Assembly: GCA_963828255.1 (NCBI GenBank)
Contig: CAWHDZ010000030.1
Location: 32,001 to 96,000, forward strand
DNA: 64,000 nucleotides
DNA from: an uncultured delta proteobacterium
Lineage (GTDB): Bacteria > Myxococcota > Myxococcia > Myxococcales > Anaeromyxobacteraceae
Reading direction: 5' to 3'
The notes under the pieces were generated by a model, which had not been told where the DNA came from, did no database searches, and saw only the letters and a program-made list of their open reading frames with translations. Made by a program: the position numbers and the translations under genes. Every line of letters starts with the position of its first letter. Position 1 is the stretch's first letter. Of the stretch, positions 1 to 12,660 are shown in pieces.

Positions 1-32
1 CATCCGCCCGGCTGGAACGAAGGCACCCCGGA

Positions 33-1271
33 TCACGCCACCCGCTGTCCCCGGATCTCCGCCAGCCTGCGCCGCCGCGCCGGCCCGGCGACGAGCTGCC
101 CCGCCGCCACCCCGAGCCCGGCGACGAAGCACGCCCCCCACACGCCCCGCGCCCCGAAGCGGGCGAGGCCCCACGCCCCCAGCGCCGGGGCCACGAAGGC
201 CGCCACCGACCAGGCCAGCGAGTAGGCCCCCTGGTACCGGCCGCGCACCGCCTCGGGCGCGAGCTCGGCCGGGACCGTGGAGATGACCGGGAGGTAGGCG
301 ATCTCACCCACCGTCCAGACGACGATCGCGAGGGCGTACCAGCCCACGGTGTGGTGGAGCGCGTTCATCCCGAACCCGAGCCCGATGAGTGCGCAGCCCG
401 CCGCCATGATTCGCCCCGGGTCGCGGGAGGCGATCCAGCGCGCCGCGAGCGGCTGCAGGACCACGATGATGGCGCCGTTCAGGGCCATGAGGAGGCCGTA
501 GCCGGTGGGGGAGATCCCGTGCTCCGTCATGTCGACCGGGAGGGTGAGCTGGAACTGGAAGAAGACCGTGGCGATGACCACGTGCAGGACCAGGAAGGGC
601 AGGTAGACCCGGTCGCGCAGCGGCATCACGAGGCCGTGCAGCACCTCCCGCACCGTCTCGGGATTCGACACCGGACGCGTCTCCGGGACGAAGCGCCAGA
701 CCACCCAGGCGAACACCAGCGAGGTGAGCCCGTCGCCCACGAAGAGGAGCACGTAGCTCACCGAGGCCATCAGCCCCGCCAGCGCGAGGCCGACGGCCAC
801 GCCCAGGTTCACCGCCCAGTAGAGGAGGCCGAAGGCGCGCACCCGGTTCTCGGGCGGCACCACGTCGGCGACGACCGCGTGCGAGGCCGGCCGGTAGATC
901 TCCCCGATGAACCCCACCCCGAAGACGAGGGGCCCGAGCAGCGCCGGGGAGGAGACGAAGCCGAGCGCCATGGTGAGCGCCGCGCCGCCGAGGAGCGAGA
1001 CGAAGAGCGCCGTCCGCCGCCCCAGCCGGTCGGCCACCACGCCGGACACCGGGCCGGCTCCCACCGCACCGAGCCCCCAGAGCGAGACCAGCCCCCCCGC
1101 CTCGGCCACCGAGAGCCCGCGCTCCCGCGTCAGGTAGAGCGCCAGGAACGGGACCACGAAGCTGCCCACCCGGTTCACGAGCAGTCCCACCCAGAGCGCC
1201 CAGTAGGCGCGGGGAAGGCCGCCCACGAGCTCGCGGGTCGTGGCGCGCAGGGACGACGGGGAGGGGATCAC
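33..1271 (-). CDS. MFS transporter
   Basis: 412 aa, about 12 hydrophobic segments, MFS motif A 'GVVADRLGRR'. Confidence 0.9.
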   Translation of the reverse strand: MIPSPSSLRATTRELVGGLPRAYWALWVGLLVNRVGSFVVPFLALYLTRERGLSVAEAGGLVSLWGLGAVGAGPVSGVVADRLGRRTALFVSLLGGAALTMALGFVSSPALLGPLVFGVGFIGEIYRPASHAVVADVVPPENRVRAFGLLYWAVNLGVAVGLALAGLMASVSYVLLFVGDGLTSLVFAWVVWRFVPETRPVSNPETVREVLHGLVMPLRDRVYLPFLVLHVVIATVFFQFQLTLPVDMTEHGISPTGYGLLMALNGAIIVVLQPLAARWIASRDPGRIMAAGCALIGLGFGMNALHHTVGWYALAIVVWTVGEIAYLPVISTVPAELAPEAVRGRYQGAYSLAWSVAAFVAPALGAWGLARFGARGVWGACFVAGLGVAAGQLVAGPARRRRLAEIRGQRVA

Positions 1272-1300
1272 GACGCGCCCCTTGTAACCCGAAACGAGGA

Positions 1301-1322
1301 CGGCCGCCCCGGAGGGCGGCCG
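1301..1322 (-). terminator. Probable intrinsic terminator of glnA
   Basis: 9-bp GC stem CGGCCGCCC/GGGCGGCCG with 4-nt loop, followed on the minus strand by TCCTCGTTTC. Confidence 0.55.
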
Positions 1323-1349
1323 CCGTGCTGCAGCGCCGGGCGCGAAGGC

Positions 1350-2774
<1,425 letters not shown>

Positions 2775-2822
2775 TGCCGGGATGTCTCCTGGTGGGGCGG
2801 AGGGTTGACGAGGCTCCGGATT

Positions 2823-2838
2823 AGCACGGTGCGTGCCA
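2823..2838 (-). promoter_or_regulatory. Sigma54 (-24/-12) promoter of glnA
   Basis: Minus strand TGGCACGCACCGTGCT = TGGCAC...TGC with GG-N10-GC spacing. Confidence 0.85.
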
Positions 2839-2887
2839 GCCGGATCTACTCCGATCGAGCCGTGATCGCGCGTGCCTTCGTTGGGTA

Positions 2888-2926
2888 TGCCCAAAAAACA
2901 GGCATCGGCTGCCCGGAAACCGGGCT
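2888..2926. promoter_or_regulatory. Two NtrC-type enhancer boxes upstream of glnA
   Basis: TGCCCAAAAAACAGGCA (2888-2904) and TGCCCGGAAACCGGGCT (2910-2926), 17-bp TGC-N11-GCW dyads. Confidence 0.65.
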
Positions 2927-2944
2927 CGGGAGGTTCCAGGGGCG

Positions 2945-4396
2945 TCAGTCCCGGGACTTCAATCCAAGGGCACGCATGCGCTCCCGCAGCGTGTTCCGGT
3001 TCATGCCGAGCAGCTCAGCGGCCTTGAGCTGGTTGCCCTTGGTGCGGTCCATGGCAGCCGAGATGAGGGGGGCCTCCAGGGCGGCGAGCGCCGACTGGTA
3101 GCGCCCCCCTTCCGGCTCGGGACCGTCGAGGAAGCCCTCGACGAAGCCGGTCAGCCCCCTCTCCCGGACGGCGCCGGCAGGCAGGAGGGGACCGAGGTCG
3201 CGGGCGGTGATGCGCGTGCCCGGCAGCGCGAGCAGCGCCCGCTGGATCACGTTCTGCAGTTCCCGGACGTTGCCGGGCCAGGAGTGGGCGAGGAGCAGCG
3301 GCTCGGCGTCACGAGCCAGCGTGAGCGCCTTTCCCCGCAGTTGCTCCCCGTACTTGGTGGCGAAGTGGCGGGCCAGCAGGATGACGTCGTGGTCCCGCTC
3401 GCGCAGTGGCGGGAGCCGGATGGGCACCACCGCGAGCCGGTAGAACAGGTCCCGGCGGAAGCGCCCGTCCTCCACCGACCGGGAGAGGTCGGCGTTGGTG
3501 GCGGCCACGATGCGGACATCCACCGGGAGCGGACGGGAGCCGCCCACCCGGTCGATCTCCCGCTCCTGGAGCACCCGGAGGAGCTTGGCCTGCAGCTCGA
3601 CCGGCATCTCCCCGATCTCGTCGAGGAAGAGAGTGCCGCCGCTGGCGAGCTCGAACTTGCCGGGACGGCGCTCGGCGGCGCCGGTGAACGCGCCCCGCTC
3701 GTGGCCGTAGAGCTCGCTCTCCATGAGATCGCGCGGGATGGCGGCCATGTTGACCGTGATGAACGGGCCACGGGCGCGCGCCGAGTTGGAGTGGACGGCC
3801 CGGGCCACGAGCTCCTTGCCCGTTCCGCTCTCGCCCATCAGCGTCACCGTCATCTCGGTGCGGGCCACCCGCCCGATCTCCTTGAAGACGTCGACCATGG
3901 CCGGGGAGCGGCCGATGAGCGATTCGATCGGGGCGCCGTCGCGCCGTCGCTCCGGCTCGGGGGGGCGCGCTCCGTGCTCCGGGCGCTCGTCGGGATCCGG
4001 CTCCGGGCCGATGGCGAGGTCGCGGACGATGCGCTCGACGCGGGCCAGGTCGAAGGGCTTGCCCAGGTAGTCCGCGGCGCCCCGCTTCATGGCCTCCACG
4101 GCCGAGCGCATGGTGTCCTCGGCCGTCATGACCACGATGAAGGGCGAGTCGCTGTGGCCGGAGAGCTCGCTCAGGAGCGTGAACCCGTCGTCGCCGGGGA
4201 GACGCACGTCGAGCAGCACCAGCCCGATTCCCCCGTGGCGACCGGTGCCGTGGCGGGCCAGCTCCTCGCGTGCCTGCTCCGCGCTCCCCGCCTCGACGTG
4301 GGGGGCGCCCACCCGCTCGCAGGTGCGGGCGAGGACGAAGCGGACCGAGGGTTCGTCGTCGACGATGAGTACCTTGCGCATTTCCGCCTCGGTCAT
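2945..4396 (-). CDS. ntrC: Sigma54-dependent response regulator, NtrC family
   Basis: REC domain, Walker [23 protein letters not shown], Fis-type HTH; located between ntrB and glnA. Confidence 0.9.
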   Translation of the reverse strand: MTEAEMRKVLIVDDEPSVRFVLARTCERVGAPHVEAGSAEQAREELARHGTGRHGGIGLVLLDVRLPGDDGFTLLSELSGHSDSPFIVVMTAEDTMRSAVEAMKRGAADYLGKPFDLARVERIVRDLAIGPEPDPDERPEHGARPPEPERRRDGAPIESLIGRSPAMVDVFKEIGRVARTEMTVTLMGESGTGKELVARAVHSNSARARGPFITVNMAAIPRDLMESELYGHERGAFTGAAERRPGKFELASGGTLFLDEIGEMPVELQAKLLRVLQEREIDRVGGSRPLPVDVRIVAATNADLSRSVEDGRFRRDLFYRLAVVPIRLPPLRERDHDVILLARHFATKYGEQLRGKALTLARDAEPLLLAHSWPGNVRELQNVIQRALLALPGTRITARDLGPLLPAGAVRERGLTGFVEGFLDGPEPEGGRYQSALAALEAPLISAAMDRTKGNQLKAAELLGMNRNTLRERMRALGLKSRD

Positions 4397-4465
4397 GCAC
4401 CCCTTATGCCCGTTTCGCGGGCAGATGGCGTGATCGGTTCCGGAGCAGGCCCACCCGGGGTGGCT

Positions 4466-5524
4466 TCAACCGTGGACGAGGGGCAAGAAGACCGCCGCCT
4501 CGGCGCCCCCACCGGGGCGGTTGCGGACCTCGATCCGGCCGCCGTGGGCCTCGACGATCCGGCGCGAGACGGCCAACCCGAGCCCCGTTCCCTGCGCCTT
4601 CGAGGTTGCGAACGGCGTGAAGAGCCTTCCCAGCATCGACTCCGGGATGCCCGGTCCGTTGTCGATCACGGCGATCCGGGCCAGCGTGGTGGTCCTCCCC
4701 CCGGACTGGCGGAGCCTGACCGGCGCGACCCCCGTCTCCATCGACACCTCCGCCCCCGGAGTCTCGCGGACCGCCTCCACGGCGTTGCGCAGCAGGTTCA
4801 GCACCACCTGCGTGAGCTTTTCCTGGTCCCCCAGGATCGCCGGGAGGGAAGGGTCGAAGCGCTGCGAGAAGAGGATCCGGTCGCCGCCGGGGAGCCCCTT
4901 CGCGATCAGCATCACGTCCCGGAGCACGGTGTGGATGTTCACCGGGCCGGCCTGGAGGATGGCCGGACGCGCCAGGTCGAGCAGCTCGCGGACGAGGCCA
5001 TCCACCCTGCGGGCCTCCTTCGCGATCACGAGGGCGTACTCGCGGGCCGCGCCAGTGGCCTCGCGGGCGAGCAACTCGGCCGAGCCCTGCAGGCCGGCGA
5101 GGGGATTCTTGATCTCGTGCGCGAGCCCGGCGGCGAGCGCCTCGAAGTCGAGGTGCCGCTCCCCGTTCCTGCGCGCCCGGACCACGAGCACCGTGCCCGC
5201 GCACGCCGCGCCGTCGAAGAGCGGGGAGGCCTCCACCTGCAGGTGCGCCGACGGATCACGCGGGCCCACGAAATCGGCCCCGGTGGCCTCCTGGGCGCGC
5301 CGGACCCGGTCGGCGAGCGCCTCGAGCGGCGCCCCCCCGGGGAGGGCTCGCACGGGGAGACCCACCGACCGCTCGCGGCTGCGGTCGAAGAGCTCCTCGG
5401 CGGCTGGGTTGAGGTGCAGGAGGCCACCGTCCGGCCCCACCAGGAGGACCGGGTCGCCGATGGAATCGATCGCACCGCGAGCCAGCGCCGCCGGGAGCGG
5501 CGTGGCCTTTCCGGCTCGGGACAC
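4466..5524 (-). CDS. ntrB: PAS histidine kinase, NtrB-like
   Basis: PAS domain, H-box AHEIKNPL, N-box, G-boxes DNGPGIP and GTGLGL. Confidence 0.85.
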   Translation of the reverse strand: MSRAGKATPLPAALARGAIDSIGDPVLLVGPDGGLLHLNPAAEELFDRSRERSVGLPVRALPGGAPLEALADRVRRAQEATGADFVGPRDPSAHLQVEASPLFDGAACAGTVLVVRARRNGERHLDFEALAAGLAHEIKNPLAGLQGSAELLAREATGAAREYALVIAKEARRVDGLVRELLDLARPAILQAGPVNIHTVLRDVMLIAKGLPGGDRILFSQRFDPSLPAILGDQEKLTQVVLNLLRNAVEAVRETPGAEVSMETGVAPVRLRQSGGRTTTLARIAVIDNGPGIPESMLGRLFTPFATSKAQGTGLGLAVSRRIVEAHGGRIEVRNRPGGGAEAAVFLPLVHG

Positions 5525-5557
5525 GGCGCCCCCCCTCTCGTTGCCGGGAAGCCGGCT

Positions 5558-5953
<396 letters not shown>

Positions 5954-6002
5954 TCAAGCGCCGGGGACCGCCCGGCTCGGCGTTGATGCCCTCGTCTGCT
6001 TC

Positions 6003-6019
6003 TGCCCGGAAACCGGGCT
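6003..6019. promoter_or_regulatory. NtrC-type box upstream of glnB
   Basis: TGCCCGGAAACCGGGCT, identical to the box at 2910-2926. Confidence 0.65.
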
Positions 6020-6219
6020 TGCGTCTGCTCGCTTTCCGGACAGCCGTCCGGCCCCGCGACCATGCATCGAAACCATGCCCGCCGTCTTCGACCAAGGAGG
6101 AGCCCCCCTCGGTGGCGCTGGCGTCGGGCGACGGACGAGATGGCTGCAACCGGCGGGCCACCGCGCGGCGGGGGATTTCACGGCGCCCACGCCCGTCCTT
6201 GCGGTAGATCCTTCTCCCA

Positions 6220-7299
6220 ATGGAATGGGTGCTCGCCGTCGTTGCCGCCGCGGCGGTCTTCGGAGTGCTGGCGATCGGGCACCACGCATTCTGGAGCCGC
6301 CGGCTCCGGGAACCCATCCGGGACGACGGGATCGTCCGGGCCGGGACGCGCGATGGCTGGCAGCTCGCGATGGGGACCCGGCGTCCTCGGGCTCCGGAGC
6401 GACGGCCCCCGGTGCTGCTCGTGCACGGCCTCGCTTCCAACCGCTGGGCGCTCGACTCCGGCGTCGCCTCGGTCTCCCTGGCAGCCCACCTGGCCGGGGA
6501 CGGATTCCGGACCTTCTCCCTCGACCTGCGCGGCCACGGCGACTCCCGGCGCGGCCCCCCCGGGGCGACCCCGTGGAACTTCGACCACTACGTGAACGAG
6601 GACGTCCCGGCGGTGCTCGAAGCCATCCGGAGGGAGACCGGCGAGGAACGGGTCCTCTGGGTCGGCCACAGCCTGGGCGCCGTGGCGGGAATGGTCTCCT
6701 GCCAGCTCTACCCGGAACGGATCGCCGCCATCGTCTCCATCGCCGGCCCCATGAGCTTCGACGTGGAGGGGAGGGTGGCCCGCTACCTCCGGCGCGGCGC
6801 ACTGGTGGACGGCCGATTCAACCGGACGCTCGCAGCCATGGTGGCGCCCTGGGCGGGGCTCGCCCACCCGCCCGCGGCGGAGCTCGCCATCAACGGCCGC
6901 AACGTCGATCCGGCGGTGCTCCGGCGGCTGCTGGCGAACGGGATCGAGAATGTCTCCGGCCCGCTCTTCCGGCAGCTCTCGGGCTGGGTGACCCGGGACG
7001 TCTGCCTGTCCGCGGACGGGGAGCACGACTACCGGGCCGGCCTCGCCTCCTGCCGCCAGCCGGCCCTCTTCCTGGCCGCGCCCCGCGATCCGTTCGCGCC
7101 CCCCGGCGTGGTGCGGGCCAGCTTCGAGCGCTGGGGCGGTCCACGGACCTACGTCGAGTTCCGGCGCGACGCCGGCCACTCCGCCGACTACGGCCACACC
7201 GATCTGCTCGTCGGCCGCAACGCCGCCACCGAGGTCTTCCCGGTCGTGTCGGCATGGCTCCAGGCCCGGAGCGACCCGGCCGGGGAGGGGGGCGAATGA
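6220..7299 (+). CDS. Alpha/beta hydrolase
   Basis: HG oxyanion motif, GHSLG nucleophile elbow, YGHTD; N-terminal TM segment. Confidence 0.85.
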   Translation: MEWVLAVVAAAAVFGVLAIGHHAFWSRRLREPIRDDGIVRAGTRDGWQLAMGTRRPRAPERRPPVLLVHGLASNRWALDSGVASVSLAAHLAGDGFRTFSLDLRGHGDSRRGPPGATPWNFDHYVNEDVPAVLEAIRRETGEERVLWVGHSLGAVAGMVSCQLYPERIAAIVSIAGPMSFDVEGRVARYLRRGALVDGRFNRTLAAMVAPWAGLAHPPAAELAINGRNVDPAVLRRLLANGIENVSGPLFRQLSGWVTRDVCLSADGEHDYRAGLASCRQPALFLAAPRDPFAPPGVVRASFERWGGPRTYVEFRRDAGHSADYGHTDLLVGRNAATEVFPVVSAWLQARSDPAGEGGE

Positions 7300-7802
7300 C
7301 CGCGATCCTGCTCGCCGCGCTGCTCGCGGCCCCGCTCGTCTGCCCGCCCGGGAGCCATCCGGTCGGCAGCCCGCCGCCCTCCGGCAACGCCGAGTGGTGC
7401 GAGGGGCCCGACCGCGCCGGGGCCATGAAGCGGCAGGGGCCGGCCCGCGACTACTACGAGGCCGACCTCATTCACGTCGAGTCAACGTGGCGCGACGGCC
7501 AGCTCGACGGCCCCTGGCTGGAGCGCCACCGTGACGGGCGGAAGGCCCTCGCGGGGCGCTACCGCGGGGGCGAGAAGCACGGACCGTGGACCTGGTGGTA
7601 CGAGGACGGCAAGGTCGAGGAGGAGGTCTCCTTCGACATGGGCCGGCGCCACGGCCCGTTCCTCCAGCGCTGGCGCAACGGGAAGAAGCGCACCGAGGGA
7701 AGGTTCTGCTTCGGCCTGCAGTGCGGCCGCTGGACGACCTGGAACGAGGACGGCCAGGAGCTGGGGGTGATCCACTACGAGGAGATCCGCGGGAAGCCGT
7801 GA
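7296..7802 (+). CDS. Secreted MORN-variant repeat (YwqK-like) protein
   Basis: Signal peptide; repeated 'GxxxGPWxxW/Y..dG' units; ATGA overlap with the upstream stop. Confidence 0.75.
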   Translation: MTAILLAALLAAPLVCPPGSHPVGSPPPSGNAEWCEGPDRAGAMKRQGPARDYYEADLIHVESTWRDGQLDGPWLERHRDGRKALAGRYRGGEKHGPWTWWYEDGKVEEEVSFDMGRRHGPFLQRWRNGKKRTEGRFCFGLQCGRWTTWNEDGQELGVIHYEEIRGKP

Positions 7803-7835
7803 GCGTCGCGCGGCGGCGCTCCGCCGATCGGGAAG

Positions 7836-8339
7836 CTAGGAGGCCCGCGGCGCCTTGCGCGCGCGCTCCGACTCGATGAGCTGGTCGAAGGCCTTCGACG
7901 GGACCGGCACCGCGGTGAAGACCGCGACCAGGTCGGGGCCGATGGGGAGCGTGGACTCGACGCCCGGCTTCACCCAGACCCGGCCCGACCGGGTGAGCGA
8001 GAGCTCGGGGATCTGGACCGCGTAGTTCACGCAGACGCTGCCCGAGAGCTCACGGGAGGTGGTGACCCGGAGCACCATGCGCACCGCAGAGGGGGCGGCC
8101 GGGTCGCGCACCACCACCGAGGCGAGCTTGCCCTCGGGGCTGACCAGCCGGCTCTTCGCGATGGTGGCCCCGTCCTCGGTGCGGACCTCGAACGAGACGA
8201 GGTCCCCGACAGACCCGTCCTGAGCGGCCGATTCGGTGGCGCGAGCGGTCCGGGCCCGCACGACGCCCTCGGCGGAGGCGGCCCCCACGAGGAAGGCGAC
8301 TGCGAGGATGGCGATGGCGCGGAAGGTTCTCACGGGCAT
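7836..8339 (-). CDS. Hypothetical secreted protein
   Basis: MPVRTFRAIAILAVAFLVGAASA signal peptide, beta-rich body. Confidence 0.6.
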   Translation of the reverse strand: MPVRTFRAIAILAVAFLVGAASAEGVVRARTARATESAAQDGSVGDLVSFEVRTEDGATIAKSRLVSPEGKLASVVVRDPAAPSAVRMVLRVTTSRELSGSVCVNYAVQIPELSLTRSGRVWVKPGVESTLPIGPDLVAVFTAVPVPSKAFDQLIESERARKAPRAS

Positions 8340-8443
8340 TCCTGACGGCTCTTGATAACCCGGACCGGCCACCAGATCATGGTCCGATTCCGAGAAAACA
8401 GACTGGGCCAGGTAAAACTTCCCGAACAATGACCCTTTTGGGG

Positions 8444-9928
8444 TCATCTGCCGTGCCAGGTACCCCCAGAAGGGTGGGCCCGTCCCAGATTCTCCAGCCA
8501 GAGGAGGGCAGCGAGGCAGCTCCGCTCCGCCACCGGCAGGAGGAAGGGCGGCGTGTCGTCGTAGGCGGCCCGGGTGACATCGGAGAGCGTCCCTCCCGGG
8601 GTGAGCGCCGCCTCGACCTTGGCGGTCCGCAGGCGGCGGTGCTCCAGGTACTCGTCGAGCTTGGCGGCCGCCGAGGGGGCCGGAGACCCGTGCGCCGGGT
8701 AGAGGGTGCGGGCCGGGAGGCCGCGCAGCCGCTCGAGCGACGAGACGTAGAGCCCCATGTCCCCCTCGGGCGGATCGATGACCACGGTGGAGAGGGTGCT
8801 CACCATGTCGCCTGCCACGAGCGCTCCGCTGCGCTCGTCGAGGAAGCAGAGGTGTCCGGGTGCGTGACCCGGAGTGAACAGGGCGCGCCAGCGTCCGTGC
8901 AGGATCTCGCCGTCCTCGACCGGGAGGAACGAGGCCCCGCCGGCGAGGCGCCGGGCCGTCTCCGTGTGGGCCCGGACCGGGAGGCCCCGGGCGGCCAGCG
9001 GCGCGAGCCCGCCCACGTGGTCCACGTGGTGGTGGGTGAGCCAGACCTCCCGGGCCGGCCGCCCCCCGGCGGCCATGATGGAGAGGATGCGGTCGAGCCG
9101 GGCCTGCTCGGCGGGATCGGGAGAGCCGGGGTCCACGACGGCCACCCCGCCGCCGGGCTCGAGATCGAGCATCCAGCAGTTGGTGTGGGTGGCCGGGAGC
9201 AGCGTGGGGGTGCGCAGCGCCGCCAGCACCACGCCCCCCTGGAACTCGATGAGCAGGTCGGCGGGTGGATCGCGGAGCAGCGCCAGCGCCTCCGGCGGCG
9301 CGGCGCGGTCCACGGAGGTGATGCCCCACCAGTTGGGAGGGTGGAGGAGCGCATCGCCCCGCGCCCAGGAAGCGAGCGCGCGCCCGGTGGAGACGAACTC
9401 CCCCCCGGAGAGCTCGCCTGGCCAGACCGATGCCTCCTGCCCGGCCGGCAACCGGGCCAGGTAGAAGCGGGCGTCGAAGCGGACCGGGAAGGGCTCCGGC
9501 GTCACCCAGCGTCCGGCCGGGGAAAGCAGCGAGGGGTCGATGGCCAGCGCCTCCCGGAAGAGCAGGTCGGCGAAGGAGATCCGCTCCTCGAGGAGCGCAC
9601 GCCGCGCCTCGTCCCTGACCGCAGGCGGCAGCTTCTCGGCGCCACGGGCCAGCAGCACGCCGGCCTCCTCGAAGAGCTCGCGGCAGGCCCCGGCCACGTG
9701 GGCCGCCTCCTCCCCCGCGAGCCCCGCCACCGGCACCCGGGAGTCCTCCTCGTCGACCCTTCCCCCCGGGAAGGCGTGGAAGCCCCCGGCGAAGCGCAGC
9801 CCGTCCCCGCGCCGGACCCAGAAGACCTCGCGCCCCTCCGGCCCCTCGCGCCAGAGGATCACCGCCGCCGCCGGGCGGGTCCGCGCCGGCGGGGGAGGCG
9901 CCGGCATGCCGGGGAGGGCCTCGCTCAT
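8444..9928 (-). CDS. NUDIX hydrolase / metallo-beta-lactamase fold fusion
   Basis: FPGG...RELFEEAG Nudix box; THHHVDHVGG, TPGH and GD MBL motifs. Confidence 0.85.
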   Translation of the reverse strand: MSEALPGMPAPPPPARTRPAAAVILWREGPEGREVFWVRRGDGLRFAGGFHAFPGGRVDEEDSRVPVAGLAGEEAAHVAGACRELFEEAGVLLARGAEKLPPAVRDEARRALLEERISFADLLFREALAIDPSLLSPAGRWVTPEPFPVRFDARFYLARLPAGQEASVWPGELSGGEFVSTGRALASWARGDALLHPPNWWGITSVDRAAPPEALALLRDPPADLLIEFQGGVVLAALRTPTLLPATHTNCWMLDLEPGGGVAVVDPGSPDPAEQARLDRILSIMAAGGRPAREVWLTHHHVDHVGGLAPLAARGLPVRAHTETARRLAGGASFLPVEDGEILHGRWRALFTPGHAPGHLCFLDERSGALVAGDMVSTLSTVVIDPPEGDMGLYVSSLERLRGLPARTLYPAHGSPAPSAAAKLDEYLEHRRLRTAKVEAALTPGGTLSDVTRAAYDDTPPFLLPVAERSCLAALLWLENLGRAHPSGGTWHGR

Positions 9929-11112
9929 GCGATCCGCACCAGCTCCTGCTGGAGCTTGGAGAAGATGCGGGGTCCACCTGGAGTGAGGACGACGTCGATC
10001 TCCAGCCGCACCCCCATGCCCTCCTCGGGGAGGTAGATTCCCGGCTCGATGGAGAAGGCGGTGCGCTCGAGCAGCACCCGGGTGTCGTGGGTCTCCAGGT
10101 CGTCCATGTTGGCCCCGTCGCCGTGGGGCGAGGCGAAGCCGATGGAGTGGCCGGTGCGGTGGACGAAGCGATCGCCGTAGCCCTTCGAGGCGATGTGGTC
10201 GCGCACCACCCGGTCCACCTGCCAGCCCTCGAGCCGCTCCTTCGCCCGGAAGGCCCGCTCGACCAGGCCGAAGCCGGCGTCGCGCCCGTCGGCGGTGACC
10301 CGGAAGATCTCCTGCACCTTGGGTGGAGGGCGGTCGCCGCAGAAGGCCATCCAGGTGATGTCGGCGTAGGGGTCGTCGGCGCGCGGCTCGCGGGCCCACA
10401 GGTCGATGAGCAGGAGGTCCCCGCTGCGGATGGGCGTGGGACGCTCCCGCGACGGCACGTAGTGGGGATCGCCGGCGTGGCCGTTCACCGCCACGATGGG
10501 CGGGTGGTCGGTGACGAGCCCGCGCTCGGCGAAGCGGGCCATGAGCAGGTCCTGGATCTCGTGCTCGGCGGGGTCGCGGCCGCGGCGGTGCTCCTCGCCC
10601 ACCCGGGCGAAGGCCTCGTCCTTGGCCTCGTCGATGGCCCGGCAGGAGCGGGCGTGGCTCTCGATCTGCCGGTCGTCGAGGCGGCAGAGGAACTGCTGCA
10701 CCAGCTCGCCCGAGGACACCACCTCGACGCCCAGCGAGCGGACGAGCTCCAGCGTGCCGGCGTCCACCCGCGACAGGTACGGGATGCCGGCCATGGGGAA
10801 GTACTCCATGGCGAGCCGCCGGCCGGGCAGGCCGGCGAGCATGCCCGAAAGGCCCGCCCGGAAGGACTGCCAGGAGGCGTAGCTCTCGCGCCGGCCCGGG
10901 ACGTGGGCCGGGAAGGAGCCCCGCTCGATGGCGTGGACGAGGAGGCTCGGCTCTCCGCGGGCCGGGACGAGGTAGGCCCAGCGCCGGGTGAGCATGTGGC
11001 TCCCCAGCCCCAGCGCGCCGATGGCGGTAGGGTTCTGGCCGTGGAAGTCGTAGAGGAGCCAGCCGTCGAGCTCCTGGGCGGCGATGGCCTGCTGCAGGGC
11101 CGGGATGTCCAT
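9925..11112 (-). CDS. M24 (Xaa-Pro) peptidase
   Basis: DLW...DITW, HRTGH, SIEPGIY, GVRLE. Confidence 0.9.
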   Translation of the reverse strand: MDIPALQQAIAAQELDGWLLYDFHGQNPTAIGALGLGSHMLTRRWAYLVPARGEPSLLVHAIERGSFPAHVPGRRESYASWQSFRAGLSGMLAGLPGRRLAMEYFPMAGIPYLSRVDAGTLELVRSLGVEVVSSGELVQQFLCRLDDRQIESHARSCRAIDEAKDEAFARVGEEHRRGRDPAEHEIQDLLMARFAERGLVTDHPPIVAVNGHAGDPHYVPSRERPTPIRSGDLLLIDLWAREPRADDPYADITWMAFCGDRPPPKVQEIFRVTADGRDAGFGLVERAFRAKERLEGWQVDRVVRDHIASKGYGDRFVHRTGHSIGFASPHGDGANMDDLETHDTRVLLERTAFSIEPGIYLPEEGMGVRLEIDVVLTPGGPRIFSKLQQELVRIA

Positions 11113-11135
11113 GGTTCGACCTCCGGATCGGGCTG

Positions 11136-12599
11136 CTAGATGGGGACCCGGTAGCGCTTGCCCGGCGGCGGTTCGAGGGGGATCTGGTGCAGCCGGATCG
11201 AGTTGGTGTTCCCGGGCTCGCCGAGCGGCGACCCGTACACGATGATGACCCGGTCGCCGGGGCCGGCCAGGCCGTCGGCCAGCAGCCGCTCCGACACCAG
11301 CCGCGCCATCGAGTCGGGGTCGCGGACCGGCTCCAGGATGCGCGGGAGGACTCCCCAGTAGAGCGCCATGCGCCGGCGGATGGGCTGCTCGGGCGAGAAG
11401 GCCACCACGGGGACGTGCGGGCGGTAGCGGGAGAGCAGGCGGGCCGTCGTTCCACCCACCGTGAAGCAGGCGATGAGGCGGGCGCTGGACTCCAGGGCGG
11501 CGCGCACCGCCGCGGAAGCCACCACGTCGTTGAAGGGCACCGGCGGGGGAGGGGGCTCGACCGGGCGCAGGCGGGAGAGGAAGTAGTTGCGCTCGGCCTC
11601 GCGCACGATGCGGTCCATGGTCTGGACCGCCAGCAGCGGGAAGCGGCCGCTGGCGGTCTCCCCGGAGAGCATGACCGCGTCGGCGCCGTCCCAGACGGCG
11701 TTGGCCACGTCGCTGGCCTCGGCGCGGGTGGGGCGCGGGTGCTGCATCATCGAGTCGAGCATCTGGGTGGCGATGATGACCGGCTTGCCCAGCTGGTTGC
11801 CCCGGTCGACGATCGACTTCTGGAGGATGGGGACCCGCTCGGCGGGCACCTCGACGCCCAGGTCGCCGCGCGCCACCATGAGCCCGTCGGCCGCCTCGGC
11901 GATCTCGTCGATGTTCTCGAGCGCCTCCGGCTTCTCGATCTTGGCGATGATGGGCACCACGCGCCCCAGCGCCCGGAGCTCGGCGCGGGCCTCCTCGACG
12001 TCGCCGGCGCTGCGCACGAAGGAGAGGGCCACGTAGTCCACGCCGTGCCTGGCGCCGAAGGCCAGGTCGGCCCGGTCCTTCTCGGAGAGGGCCGAGACAC
12101 GCAGTGCCACCCCGGGAAGGTTGATGCCCTTGTGCTCCTTCAGCCGTCCGCCCTCGACCACCTGGGCGGTGACGCGGACGCCGTCGGTGTCGAGCACCTT
12201 GAACTCGAGCAGCCCGTCGTCCACGAGCAGCCGGTCCCCCTTGCGGACGTCCTGGGCCAGGAAGGGGTAGGTGGTGGAGATGAGGTGCTCGTCGCCGAGG
12301 ACCTCCTTCTCGGTGGTGATGACGATGGTGTCGCCGGTGACGAGCGCCACCCCGGCGCGGCCGGCCTGCAGCGGGCCGGTGCGGATCTTCGGCCCCTGGA
12401 GGTCCTGCAGGATGGCCACGGGCCGGACGAGCTGCCGCGAGGCGGCGCGGATGCGCTCGATGACGGCGGCGTGGTCGTCGTGGGTGCCGTGGGAGAAGTT
12501 GAGGCGGGCGACGTCCATGCCCATCTCGAGGAGCTTCAGCACGACGTCGGGGGATTCGCTGGCGGGACCCAGGGTGCAGACGATCTTTGCGCGGCGCAC
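11136..12599 (-). CDS. pyk: Pyruvate kinase
   Basis: [37 protein letters not shown]. Confidence 0.97.
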   Translation of the reverse strand: MRRAKIVCTLGPASESPDVVLKLLEMGMDVARLNFSHGTHDDHAAVIERIRAASRQLVRPVAILQDLQGPKIRTGPLQAGRAGVALVTGDTIVITTEKEVLGDEHLISTTYPFLAQDVRKGDRLLVDDGLLEFKVLDTDGVRVTAQVVEGGRLKEHKGINLPGVALRVSALSEKDRADLAFGARHGVDYVALSFVRSAGDVEEARAELRALGRVVPIIAKIEKPEALENIDEIAEAADGLMVARGDLGVEVPAERVPILQKSIVDRGNQLGKPVIIATQMLDSMMQHPRPTRAEASDVANAVWDGADAVMLSGETASGRFPLLAVQTMDRIVREAERNYFLSRLRPVEPPPPPVPFNDVVASAAVRAALESSARLIACFTVGGTTARLLSRYRPHVPVVAFSPEQPIRRRMALYWGVLPRILEPVRDPDSMARLVSERLLADGLAGPGDRVIIVYGSPLGEPGNTNSIRLHQIPLEPPPGKRYRVPI

Positions 12600-12660
12600 G
12601 GTCCGGTGGATCTACCGCGTTTGCGGCCGCGGCGCCTCCCCGATACCGTCCAATGCCCGG

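Noticed and set aside
6041..6200. NtrC-activated sRNA or small ORF (hairpins and AAGGAGG)
   Set aside because: There is no correctly spaced sigma54 promoter (GG-N12-GC only) and no well-placed start codon; the pairing is weak for this GC content.
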